A stretch of 64,000 bases of DNA from Psammoneis japonica (Eukaryota), in contig QPGO01000207.1 of NCBI GenBank assembly GCA_008632985.1, forward strand, positions 1 through 64,000, given 5' to 3'. This document shows positions 48,803 through 61,369 of the stretch, piece by piece. The notes beneath the pieces are model-generated. The model was not told the DNA's origin, did not search any database, and saw only the letters and a list, made by a program, of their open reading frames with translations. Positions within the stretch are counted from its first letter, which is position 1. The number at the start of each line of letters is the position of its first letter. The translations under genes and the position numbers were made by a program.

Positions 48803-51584
48803 TTCACAACCCAGGCAAACATTCTTTTCCGGTGCTGATAAATAAACTGAGGGTCTCATTCGCTGACTCTGTCTAGCACATGTGCTAGAAAGGAAACGAG
48901 CACTTACATTTCAGTGAATGTTTTCTCTTGCTGGCTGAGGAGAGATGCGCAGACAAGTCGTTCGACTCACCTCACTCTGGGCAATGTATCCAACCGGTGT
49001 AAACACTGGCACTTTGAATCAACCAGGGTGCAGCAGCGCTGGATATGCCGCCGTAGAATTGCTTCTCACGTTCGTCGTCGAGAAAGGTCGAGATCTGATG
49101 TAACAACACGTTCGTCAGCCATGCGTGGTCGACTCACGACGTGGTGTACTACGTCAAATTCAGAAAGAAAAGGAGCAGCGCTGCTGCATAGACTTTGGTT
49201 TCGCTCGAACCGACATCTTTGTGAGAGCTGAATCTGACATTTCAATGGCACGAGTAGCAGTTACGATAGATCTATGGGGGGGGGGGGGGGGGAATATAAA
49301 CGGAGTGAATCGCATTCGTTGGTGCATAAAATCAAACAGGCTGAGCAGGAAGGTAACTGTACGTGGTCTCAACATGCAGCGCATTCTGTGGCAGTGGCAA
49401 TGCGCTGATTCAGCATTGGCCTGGCAACCGATCGCACGCCGCCAACACCCTTGTTACTTGTTACGGTACGCACCTTGAGATTGTACTACGTTTCGAGCTA
49501 CCATAGCCCGCCATCGTTGGATGCATAAGCAAGTAGAGCAGAACACTGTTGAACGTTGGCAACGAATGAATGAATCTCAACACGAACGAGCCAGAGACTT
49601 GTCCGAAACGCAGGAACGATTCCCAGGTAATCAAATCTTCCATTCGAAAGAAGAAGCGCTTTCAGCATGTCCCTATATCCACCGTCTGGAGTTTGAGAGT
49701 CAGCAGATAAGCCAAGAAGACATGCTCCTTTTGATTGTCTCATTATACTCTTTCCGTTGCACTTGTGTTCAACATCGTGTAGCATTTGCATCCTCTGGTA
49801 AGTGCTTGTTTCATTAATGTGTCACAATGTCGATTGGTTCGGGGTTTTTGTTTGGAAATTGTCACTCTGGTTTGCAATGGGGCAAACTCATTGAGACCCC
49901 TATAAGCAGCCGTGCAGTCTTGGGAGAAGTGATTCGCATATTTCAGCTAACATGGCAATGCCCCGTTTTCTACATCTGTGGCTGCCGTCCGTAAATGTCT
50001 CTTCATCACCAATCCTTATCTTTCACATATCGTGATAAAATAATAATCTAAGCTTCGACTTCATACCACTTGCTGGTCTCATGTACAACAACACAGAGGC
50101 CGTCACCATTCCTCGAAGCAAAACCTCGTCCTTGCATGCCCGCGTTTGATAGTAAACGATAGCTCCAAGGAAGGTTATCCTCGATTTCGCCAATCGAACC
50201 AGTATTTTTGGATCTACTACGCTCTATTGATAACAGCAAATCGACATTGCATCAAGTCAAGCGCATCACGTGATAGTCTCCATTTCCAACTAGTCAAGCC
50301 TCCAAACATGTCTGCTCCATAGTCAGCCACAAGCATGCGGACAACTCGCAGGGATGCCTTTTCTCCTTCGGTTCTTAAGGGAAGCACAGGGGGAGTGAAT
50401 AGCAATTAGTTCTCTGTCCTTGAACCCCAGATTGTTCTACACTACACATGTCATTCACCTGCATGCCTTCAGCTTTCTTTCAAAACATGTTCGCTCCACC
50501 TATGGACAGGATGCGAAGGTGAAATGGAGCCCCTAGCGGTTGTTCTGATGGTAATTTTGAAATTGTAGCAAAGTCTTGACAGTGCTACAGGTGTTCTGTA
50601 AACTAGATAGTCCCAATGCACCATCCAGAGACCACACTAGTTAAGTATTTGAAAGAAGCTCAAGCGTCGCACAAGGTCCAAACGGCAACGTGCTGATCAG
50701 TCGGTAAGGACGTCGTTTCGAGCACCAGAATATTTTTCTTTAAACCTTGAAAGCAGCTGCTAGCGAGAATTGGGTCACGCTTAGCACCCAAAACGTTGAA
50801 CCTCTAGGATGTTTGATGTATCCTTCAGGGCTTGGCTTCCATGCGTTTGCCTTGAGTTCCGTCTTCTCGTCAGTCGTGGTGGTGAACATCCCAATATCGA
50901 TCGGATATGAATCATCAGCTGCACCAAAGGCATACCGTAGGAGTGTTAGTTGCGAACTGGATGTCGGTTGGTTAGGCCATTGTCAGTTGGTGGTGGTTGG
51001 GTTCCTGCAGTTGATGACAGGGGACATTGTTAGGAAACTTTTGTGGAGGGAGAATTTGCGATACAAGTTATGTAGACTTCTACGCGTTTTGAAAATTTGC
51101 CTGCGATGATGGGCGGACTGCAATTTTTGACGCTCCGTTCGTTCGACACATCATACATCATCGGCGCACAATGCTTCTCAATAGTTGCGAGTTGGGAGAT
51201 AGAGTCTGTCGCCATGGCACTCTTGTCAATAGAAAAGATTCTTTTGTGTCTACACGATCATGTTTTGGTAACCATCAAGTCTGCAACAGAGTTTTCTGTC
51301 ACTTCTGGTGAATGAAACTGAAGCGAAATTCGTGCTCGCTGCCTTTGCCATTTGCGTGTTGACATTTATTTTGTACGGCCATCAGCAGGCCGCCCATCAA
51401 GTCATCACCAGAATGAGACGAAAAACCGAGAATTGCATTGTTCGGATTATGGTGTGCACAGCTTTCCCGTTGTGCTTTTTCGATATTCCTTTCTTGTCTC
51501 CAGCGCTCTCGATGAAGCGCAAAACGGAATTACGCTCGTGGTTTCACTCAGAGAATGTGATCGACATGCTTTTGTCAATCCATT

Positions 51585-53211
51585 TTTATACCCATCAAAC
51601 TGCCAATCTCAATGAAACGGTAAAGTTTGACAGTAGACTTCCGGAAATGCTTGTGATTGATACACCAGTCCACGAGGATCTCGCGGATCTTCCCTTTGTG
51701 ACCTTGCTATTCTCGCTGTCGATCTTCTGCATGGTTTGTAGCAGCAGACAATCGAAAGTCTCACCATGTAGAGTAAGCGATACTGTCCTTTTGTTGTAGG
51801 ATTGAACCAGATGCTACGTGTTCTGTAGAATTTCTACGGAAGCGAAGGTTCAGCTGCAGGAACAGGGCGGCAACTCAAACTTGTGCTGAGAAATGGGAGA
51901 CGAGGATTGGACCAATTCTGACTTTGTCCCGCTCGCCGTGACGTGGACTACAGAGGGAGTTCAAGGTGACTCGATGCTACTTTGTGGAATGGCTCAACGC
52001 AAGCTATCGAAGAAAATCATGGAAGAAAAATCATGTGGTGCGGCAACTTGCAGCGTACGGATTTGGAAGTGTGGGCATGACTGTAGATGCTCTGGTGCTG
52101 AATGGTCACCCTCCTACGAGTACGGGAGGTGATTTGTACCCTGGATGGTCCAATTGTTACTGAAATGCGAGGCTTGCCGTTGCCACCACCACGCCGAGAA
52201 ATGAGGATCAAGTCTGATTACATGCATCATAAAGATATGGTACGCTGGCGATAGTCCTGTGCATTGGACTCGTCGGTTGTGGTCTACTATCTTGGCTACA
52301 TTCGATTCTTCGACTGTTGGAGAAAATGGCGAAGAGGAAGATATCAAGGCGGAGGTCACGTCTGATTTGATTGAGCTCGATGACAAGTTGAGTACAGACG
52401 AAAAAGGAGTAATGGTCCAGGCGTCAACCTTGGGTGCACTCAAAGTGCTCCTTCGGTTCTCAAGCAAAGGAACAAACCCGATGATAGCCGTCAGTTTTAT
52501 CGGAGTTGGAGTGGTACACAAGCGTGACGTGACGATAGTCTCCGTTATGAACGGAAAAGGCTGTCCCGAGTACGCCACGTTTGATGTGACGATGAGCGAG
52601 AGGCCCGAGAATGTGCCAAAGAGATGAGCATCCAAATCTTCGTGACGAACATTATCTACTAGGGCCCCACCTTGTTGATCAGTTCACCGGGTTCATGGAC
52701 GAACTAGCGGAGAGGCAGCAGCGTAAGTCGCATCCGCGTGCTTTGCTGCGTACGAGTAGTTGCAGGTCTGTACTTGATTAACTCACACTTAATTTGTCTT
52801 TTTAGCTAATAGTGCCGCTGTGTTTCTCAGCATTATCTAGATTTGCTTCTACACATTTTAAGCAAAAAGGATCCAATCATTGTTGGTGTTGAAGTTGCGG
52901 AAGGTATTCTCAAAGTTGGTGCTACATTGTGTATCCGAGGCTTGGGAGGACTACACATTGGAAAAGTGACCTCCATTGAGAGCAACAGCAAGGAGCGACC
53001 GCTCGCAAGGGTTCGTCCGTGGCCATCATGATTGTCAATGAAGAATTCCCAATATTCAATACTGTCGTCCATTTGATTCGTCTCACAGCCTCGACTCGAC
53101 CCCGACACGTGCATCAGTCAATGCGCTCAAGGCCAACTTCAAAAACAAGCTCGAGAACATTGATTGGAGACTTGTTGTCCAGCTGAGAAAGGTATTGAAT
53201 AATATCTATAA
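51585..53211 (+). pseudogene. eIF5B: 5'-truncated, frameshifted eIF5B copy retaining an intron (52723-52805)
   Basis: LVIDTP.HE, SRGSSLCDLAIL, DGPIVTE, GVMVQASTLG, VHKRDV, KKDPIIVGVEVAEGILKVG, DWRLVVQL, with many stops and indels. Confidence 0.88.
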
Positions 53212-54020
53212 CATCCAGTGGAGGATGTGGTACCGTCACATCAATAAACTCACAAATTTCGAATCTTTTTCGTTCGTCTCTGGGGAGTATTCTAGCTAGC
53301 TACTTCAGAATCGAAATTCTTCTGTTGCTCCGCCAGTTCGGCAGAACACTTGTAACTCCCTAACACGACGAATCCATAAAAAACGTGCAGGCGATATCAG
53401 CGCCAACATATCATCTCGGGGCATACCGTACCGGTAACGAATACCCCATCGTGAACCCATCTGAAAAAGAGAGCGGTATGGTACAAAAAATAGAAATGAC
53501 AACATCAAAGTACGCAACAACAACGCAAGCGCTACGACCGTCATCGTAGTCCATTGACGTACGTACGGAATAACTTACACGCAACTAAAGATCGCTATAT
53601 TGTACTATTAGTCTTTCTACTTCTATTGGAAAAGTTTCAAAATGTGTTTCAAAAATTTGAAACACACAAATGTCAAAAGTTGATATAGAAATCGGTCGCG
53701 TAGGGTAGTGATGCCTCAAGAGCAACATCAAAAGATGGCGCTCAAGCTTTTTCGTATCTTTAAAGTGAAATATCACCCAAAAAAAGAAAAAGGGGGGACG
53801 TAATACGGAGACAACAAGAAAACTTGCAAGTCAACCGCTTGCTAAGCCATTCACTCCCTACGAGTGAAGGCTTACCGTGCTACCGTGTCACCGGTACGGC
53901 GAAACCCCGATTCAGCGTTCCATCAACGGTATGATCTGCTCGGCAAGCTCTTGCTGCTTTGCAGACGAACACTTGCTGTCTGTTTCAACAGCCGTGGTCT
54001 TGACTGACCAAGTGAACGGA

Positions 54021-54615
54021 CAACTTCCTACGCTCAAAGACACGAGAGTGACATGGACTCAAGGCCGGAGAGACGCATTCGATTTGCCCCGACCTCCGGA
54101 CTTAACTGGCAACACCTACGCTACCGATTGGAGACAACACGCCATCAAGCAAAATGAGTTGTGGAGCACCAAACAAGAGCGAGTGCTCAATCCAGAGGAA
54201 GGGCGAGCCATCCTTGGCGATTACGGCATTCAAGCTTGGCGAACAACAACACATCGTGCGAGACGACGAGTTGAAAAGAGAGACAACACTTCGCGCAAGC
54301 AAAACATGCTGTGGAACACCAAACAAGAGAAAGCAATTAGAACCAGAGGAAGGGCGAGCCAGGCAACTTCCTACGGTCAAAGACACAGGAGTAACATGGA
54401 CTCAAGGCCGGAGACACGCATTCGATTTGCCCCGACCTCCGGACTTAACTGGCAACACCTACGCCACCTAGAGACAACACGCCATCAAGCAAAATGAGTT
54501 GTGGAATGCCAAACAAATGCAAGGTCTCAATCCAGAGGAAGGGCGAGCCATCCTTTGGCGATTGCGGCATCCGGCTTGGCAAACAACAAACACATCGTGC
54601 CGCAAACGACAGTTG
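54021..54615. repeat. Direct repeat, period 343 bp, with a sub-unit present three times
   Basis: CAACTTCCTACG...CGCATTCGATTTGCCCCGACCTCCGGACTTAACTGGCAACACCTACG at 54021 and 54364. CCAGAGGAAGGGCGAGCCA occurs three times. Confidence 0.92.
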
Positions 54616-57600
54616 TGATCGAAAAACATGGATTCTCTGAGATTTTGTTTGTGTCGTGACCGTTGCTAAATTTCTCAATCACTATCATTTTTGTGTAGCT
54701 TGGTAGAATTAATACCATGTGTTCGTGTGTAGAACATTCGTGGGACTTGGTACTTTCAAAATTATTACTAATTCCTACGTACACTTTACGGCAACCGCAG
54801 ACGCGTGCAAAAAGAAAAACACTGCCAAGAGGTGTGGCGCCTCTCTCAGGGAGGCGCCATGCATGATGCATGTTCACAAACTGGCCAGCCAACGAATCTC
54901 CCCCATGGGCGGCAGCCCATCGGGCTCTCACAGCAAAGAGGCTCTTGGTGCCAGACAAAAATCAGCAGGCATCAAAGGAGGAGGCATTTGTGCGATGCAT
55001 GTGCTCTGGGAAAGGGAGCAGCACAAGTTCAAAGACGACTGCACTTTTCTGTTTTCCCATCAATGCACCCAATGGATTCAATGATGAGATGAGTGGCAGG
55101 AGGGCCTTGACGTTGCTCACGACATGAGACATGCTTGGCCATTTTTTACTGCTTTCAATTGTTGCAATCATTGGGCCATTCCAGTTGTCCCCAGCCACTT
55201 TGGCGCAAGGTGGCCTTCTTGCTCAGTCAGCAACAGGGAAGGTGTTGATGCCCAAGTTGATCCGCTGGGGTTGGCTGCATGACACTGCAGCAGCCACATG
55301 GACTGGGGTTTCTTCTGCAACCAGCTCAAGACATGAGTGCTCATTTCCCCAAAATGCCCACTCACCTCCTTGGTGCGCTGATGACTCAGCAGCAGCGCGG
55401 GAAAATTTCAAGCAAGCAGCTCAGAAGTTCTTTCTTGCTCTGCACAACATCAGACCCAAGCAAAGTTGTCATCCTGTTGACAACTCCAAGAACATTCCAG
55501 TTGTTCCAGAGCACAATCTGGGGCAAAAAGCCAGGTGTGGTGGTTGATGTTGGTGCTCCAGAAGTGGGGCGCAACATCACATCAACCCAAGATGCCAGAA
55601 CAGGTTCTGGCGGATCATGAGCAAAAGAGATGCAAGCATCTCAAGCCTTGTCTTCACCAATGATGTCACTTCACACCATTTGTCACATCATGTGATTGGC
55701 TGCTTGGCAAGGAAGCCAAGGCAATGCTCTGCATGATTGCTGTGCAAAGCTTGTGGACAACTTGCAAAAGCCTCGCTCAGAAGTTTGTGACTTCATGAAT
55801 TGTGCAAGAACAAGCATCACTGTGCAGCTGGATTTGGTCATCAATGCCCCAGGGGGGCATGCACGCCATCTTCACAAATTGGCTCCAGACATCCTCAGTG
55901 GGAAAGATGGCACTGGTTTGTTCCTTTGCAGCAGCACCAAGAAACACCGAGCAATCTTCAGTGCCACATGCCAAGACAATGTGCTGACCCCCCATTTCAC
56001 AAGATGCTGCCAAAACCACTCTTCAAGATGACCATCTTGCTGACCAAAAATGGCATGACCAACACTGCTGCACTGGATGCCACTGAGTGACACGTCCAAG
56101 AAATGTTGTTCATGCAAACTGGTGCATGACACTGGAACTCCCTTCTGTTGCAAGCATGCCCTGTGGGATTGTCAGAAAGGATGTTTGACTGCAGATCACA
56201 ACTTGAAGCATTGCCTGCATGCAGGCCAGTCATGCTGGATTTTGAAGCAGCAGTGCCAGACACACAGAAAAAAAAGAGCAACATCTGAAGGCTTGGAATC
56301 AAAAATCAGTTTTTGTTTCTTGCCCACAGTGTGACAGCAAGACAAACTTCATGATGCTCACCTGGTTGCCACATTGCTGTTTAAGATGCTGCTGAGCTTC
56401 ATGTGCTGACCTCAAGCTTCTGTGCACAAGCACCTTGCCAATGTGCATGTTCATGACTGCTGTGAGCACTCCACAGCAGACTGGTGGCATCTTTTGCAGC
56501 ACCTCCAAATTGACTCTGGCTGGGCCAACTCCAGTTCTTGCACAAGACACTTTCTCTTCCATTGCAGGTGCAACAATGGCAAGAGCACATCATCATCTGA
56601 TGGCCACAATGAAGACCTTGCTGAAGGTGCAAAAGCACACACATGCCAGCTGATGGAAAGCTGCACATGCGCCAAGCACAAAATTTTTGGCATGTTTGTG
56701 CTTTGCCCCCCTCAGCAGACTGCAGCAACATGCTCAAAGGACTCGTGTGTGCACCAACATTGTTGCTGAGAGAATCTGATGTTTTGTCATCTGTCATGCA
56801 CCAAGGTGCACATTGCAAGAGCAGCAATTGAGGCAGCAGCACATCAGTGCTCACACAACACACAAGCCTGCATGGTGTGCCAGCTGATGAAAAAATGACA
56901 AATGCCAAACACACGAAACATGTGGTGCACTTGTGCTTTGCCCTCTGCTGGCAAACTGCAGCAATGTGCTGAATGGACTCCTCATGTGTGCTGTGTGCAC
57001 ACCTGCATTGCAGATGAGAGAATCTGATGTTCAAGGTGTGGCAGCAGCATTTCAGTGCTCTGATGCATTTGATGCCATGGCAGCAGTGGATTCAGGGGCC
57101 CCTGTTTCAGAATTTTGATGAGGGCATGGCTGCCAACTTTGATGAATTTGTGCAATTTTTGACCAACACCTTAGAGCCAGTGTCCTTTGCCAGGGCAGTC
57201 TTGACACTGCTGCTGCTGCCAGAATCACCTGTGCTGCAAGCTTGTCATTGCCCAGTGTTGTCTGGGGACTGGTCAGATGACATTGAGGAACTTGGGGAAA
57301 TTGAGGCTGTTTGCCTGCTCTCCTGGCAACACATTGGATGACACTCAAGAAGCGGAGCTCAAGCACCCATGGGGGGGGGGGGGGGCACTGTCTGGTCCAT
57401 TGAGTGGAAACAGAGATGGCAGTTGGCCTCCACACAACATCACTGCATGCTTGGCAGAGCAAACTCAATGCTGCTGGCAATGATGGCAAACAAAGAAGCA
57501 GAGTGCAGTGGGCCCAACACCTTGCCTTGATGCTGTCAAACCTCCCCACCAGTGACTGTGAAAGAGGCTTGCTGCTGATCATCAAGGTGGCTGTTGCCTC

Positions 57601-58322
57601 TCAGCTCTTGACCCTTGGCCTGTTCAGTGCAGGGTGAGGGCTGTTTTGTGTGTGTGCCACAAACAAAGTCTGCCCAGCCATGTTTGGTGTGGCAGGGAGT
57701 GGCAACATTTTGGAACAAGGCCACAACACAGGAAATGAAAAGCACAAAGGCAGCATGAGAATGCATGGCAGCACAGCATCTTGTTTTGGAAGCTGGGGGC
57801 AAGTTTGCAAGAGCTTTCAATTAAAAACAAACTGCAAAAGCTGCCAAGGTTTGAGCAGATGGTCTGTGCAAAAAATGCCAATGCACCCAATGGTGTGCAG
57901 CAATGTGCCCTGGACACTCTGTCTGTTGCTGCCATCACAATTTTGTTGGCATTTGACAGAACAGCAGCCACACTGCTGAGAACTGCCAGAGACACAGGGG
58001 AGCGTGAGGAGTTGTGCTGTTGACATGCTGAGTTGTTGCAAAAAGCAGCAACAAAGGGCTCCTTCAAAGGCAATGTGTTGGACTTTGGGCATGGCATTTT
58101 GTCACGAATGGCACATTGACTCAACTCCAGCACTCACTTCTCAATCTGTGCCATGTCATTTTTCCTGTTCTTGGTGCTGCTTGCATTTTGCAAGCTGGGG
58201 TAAAAACATCATCTCCTCCCTTCAATTTTGCTGCTGCTGCTGCTGCTGCTGCTGAGAGAGATGCCAAAGCTGCTCTGCTGCAGCTCAGGCTTCTTTTGCA
58301 TTTGTGCCACAAGAAGTTGTTG

Positions 58323-58992
58323 TCATCTGGCAGGGGATCTTCCCAAGCTTCTGAGACCCTCTGATCTCTGCTCTTGGCAAAAGAGCAGTGCCCCATTTGC
58401 AGGCCTCTTTTTGCAAGAGCTCAAAAGAAGCTGTGCACCACACCAAAAACCCTCTCCCTAATGTGTGGAGCCAGCAGCCTCATTGACAAAAATGGCCCTC
58501 CCCAAAAACAGACACAGCAGCAAAATGCTGGCACACAAGTGGGCTGTCTTGTTCCTCTTTTGCCAAGCCACTGTTGTTCCTGTCAAGATGCACCTCTCCT
58601 CTTGACCATGATGCAATCTGTTGATTCTGAGTTGGTCCACACTTTATTTTGGTTGTGACTTTGGCCATGATCATCTGGCAGAGGATGATCTTCTTGAGCT
58701 TCTAAAACCCTCTGATCTGCTCTTGGCAAAAGAGCAGTGCCCCATTTGCAGCTTTTTTTTGCAAGAGCTCAAAAGAAGCTGTGCACCACACCAAAAGCCC
58801 TCTCCTTCATGCATGGAGCCAACAGCCAGCAGCATCACTGTTGAAAATGACCCTTCCCAATGACAGACAGTGGCAAAATGCTGGCACACAAGTGAGCTGT
58901 CTTGCCCCTTTTTTGCCAAAGAGCTGGTGTTGTTCTCTCATCAAGATGTGCCTCTCTTGACCATGATGCACTCTGTTGATTCTAAGTTGATT
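58323..58992. repeat. Tandem duplication, period ~348 bp
   Basis: TCATCTGGCAG...CTCTTGGCAAAAGAGCAGTGCCCCATTTGCAG...GAGCTCAAAAGAAGCTGTGCACCACACCAAAA at 58323 and 58671. Confidence 0.9.
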
Positions 58993-59684
58993 TGCATCAT
59001 TTTGTTTGCAACTTTGCAAAGATGATGATTTTGAGCTCAAGTGCTCATGCTGGTTTGCAAGGCACCAACTGGTCCATGATTGAGAGGGTGGAAAAACCAC
59101 AATGCAGTCCAAACAGCAGAGACAGCAGTCCACACAACATTGCTGTGTGCTGCTTGGCAGAGAGAATTTGATGCTCGCGATGATGGCAAACAAAGAAAAC
59201 TGCAGCAGCGCTCCACCCAACACCTTTTGTTGATGCTGTCTCAAATCTCCCACAAGTGGGCACAAAAGAGGCTTGCTGCCAACCAAGGTTGCTGCTCTGC
59301 TGCTCAGCTCTTGACTGCTGGCCTGCTCAGTGTGTGTGCTGCTGCACAAACAAAGTCTTCCTGCTCATCATGTTTGGCAAGGCAGCGCAGGTCAGAGTGT
59401 GGCAACACTTGGGCAAGGCTGTGACACAGAAAGAGAAAAGTGCAGCTGGCATGAGGAGAACATGTGCAGCAGTGCAGCATGTTGCTTTGATTGAAAGCTG
59501 CCGGAAGTCAGTGTGCAGTGGCTGCTTGAACAAGAGCTGCAAAAAGCCATGCGCCAAGGCTGTTTGAGAAGATGGCTGTTGCAAAAAATGCTGGCATGCC
59601 CAATGCTGCACAGCAATGTGTGCTGGACACTCCATCTTTTGCTGTCATCATTTTCTTGGCATTTGCAAGAGCAAGGGGCCCACA

Positions 59685-61200
59685 CCAAACATTGTCAATT
59701 GAAGGAAGAGTTTTCGATGCAATCATGGTTGACAATGTGCTTTTCAGAAAACACATTGTGCGCATCTCTCTGACTCTTCCAGCAAGCAAGATGCCACCAC
59801 CACCCACGCTCACTTGGAAAAGTTTGTCATCTGGTTAAAATCCCACAACCTGTGTCAGGCGTGGCTTGTGATTTGGGATCACACCAATGGTTGTGCCAAA
59901 CAGTGCTGATGTGCTTTGGCGCTGCACTTGTTGTCTGTGTTTGCGCACAAATGCAAAACATTGTGTTTGACCATGCCATTGGAGCACCTGGACATGGCAA
60001 AGGAGAGGTTGATGGCATTGGAGCCTGCATTAAATCACTCATGCATTGAGAAATGCAGTCCACAACTGTTGCAGGAGTCAATGACAAGGATGGGAAAATT
60101 GGACCTGAAGCTTTGGTCATGGATGACAATGGCATTGCAGTCACACACAGTCATGCCAAGGAATGTTGCAAATTGCTCATAAAGAAAAAGAGTGCTCTTG
60201 GTGCAGTTGGCAACAGGCGAGGAAACATGCCAAGAGGGAATCCCTTCAAAAGTCAACAGAAAGGGTGCATTGTCTGCAGGAAGCTGATGGAGTTCTTGGC
60301 TCTTTAATCAAAGTCAAGTTGACTGGATTGGTGCAAGTGCACACGCGCCATTGTGGCATCAGAGCCTTGCACCATTTCCGATTTGAACCTCTTTTCCCCA
60401 TTGGTTGGGTTGCCATGCAAAGAATTCCTTGTGCTTGTGAAGCCTGCCTGGATGAGCTCAAATGGCCTTGGGTGAAAAATGTCAAGCCAACAGAGCAGCC
60501 AGAACATGCAGGTGGCAACCGAGCTTGCAAACTGTGGCCCATCTTTGAGGGGCTGAACAATTGGCAAGTGTGTCAGGTGATTCAAACAGATGAGAGTGAC
60601 GCCAACGAGGTGCAGCTGGTTGACAAATCTGTGTTGGACTTCCTGACTGAGGAAATGGCCAAGGAAATTGTTCTAAACAGCCATGCTGCATTGTCTTGTG
60701 AATCTGAGGAGGGCTTTTGCATGCTGCAATGGGATGAACTCCCCCACAAAGCACAGGAGGATGAGGTGTGGACAGAGTTTGACCCACCCACAACTGTTGA
60801 GGCCGGTGAATGGGTTTGCAAGGGGGAACATGTCTCAACCCTGTTCCAAGGGCCAGAGGAATGTGAGACAAGAGTGTTGCTCAAGCAAGTTGCAATTGCC
60901 AACATTGAGCTCAATGAACCCTCAGCCACTCTGGAACTGCCAAGTGCATGCAACAGGAATGAGGCTTCACTTCTTGATCCACGTCATTTGAGTGATGACG
61001 AGCATGAAGGAATTCTGGATGCCATCTGACAGCGGGAGGCAATGGATTGTTTTGAGGACTGTTTGGACGAGGAGGAGGAACACAACAGCAGCAAAACTGA
61101 TGAGTGGGAGGGAGAGAATGACAACAAGGAGGACACTGCAGAGGATGATGAGAGTGCGGCAGGGGACAGTGACAGTGATGAGTCGGATGAACAAAATGGC
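59685..61200 (+). pseudogene. DDD-type transposase remnant (Sola2-like motifs)
   Basis: LSIEG, HLSDSSSKQDATTTHAH, WDHTNGCAKQC*C (for TDGCAKQYRC), GAPGHGKGEVDGIG, RIPCAC..C, acidic tail. Superfamily assigned from remembered motifs only. Confidence 0.7.
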
Positions 61201-61369
61201 AATGGGAAAATGAATGAACACTGTGATTGTCACTTTGCATGGTGTGACCAGATTAACTGCCCAACACAAAAGCTTTCCTTTTTCCATGCAACTGCTGCTG
61301 CACCACCCCTGGAAGTTCAAACTGGTGCAACATGAACACTTGTTGCAGATGCTTTTTTGCCACATGTTG

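Noticed and set aside
49450..51500. Possible degraded gene fragments
   Set aside because: Short ORFs with no motif I can identify with confidence.
58228..58253. (GCT)n microsatellite
   Set aside because: Ordinary simple repeat inside decayed TE sequence.
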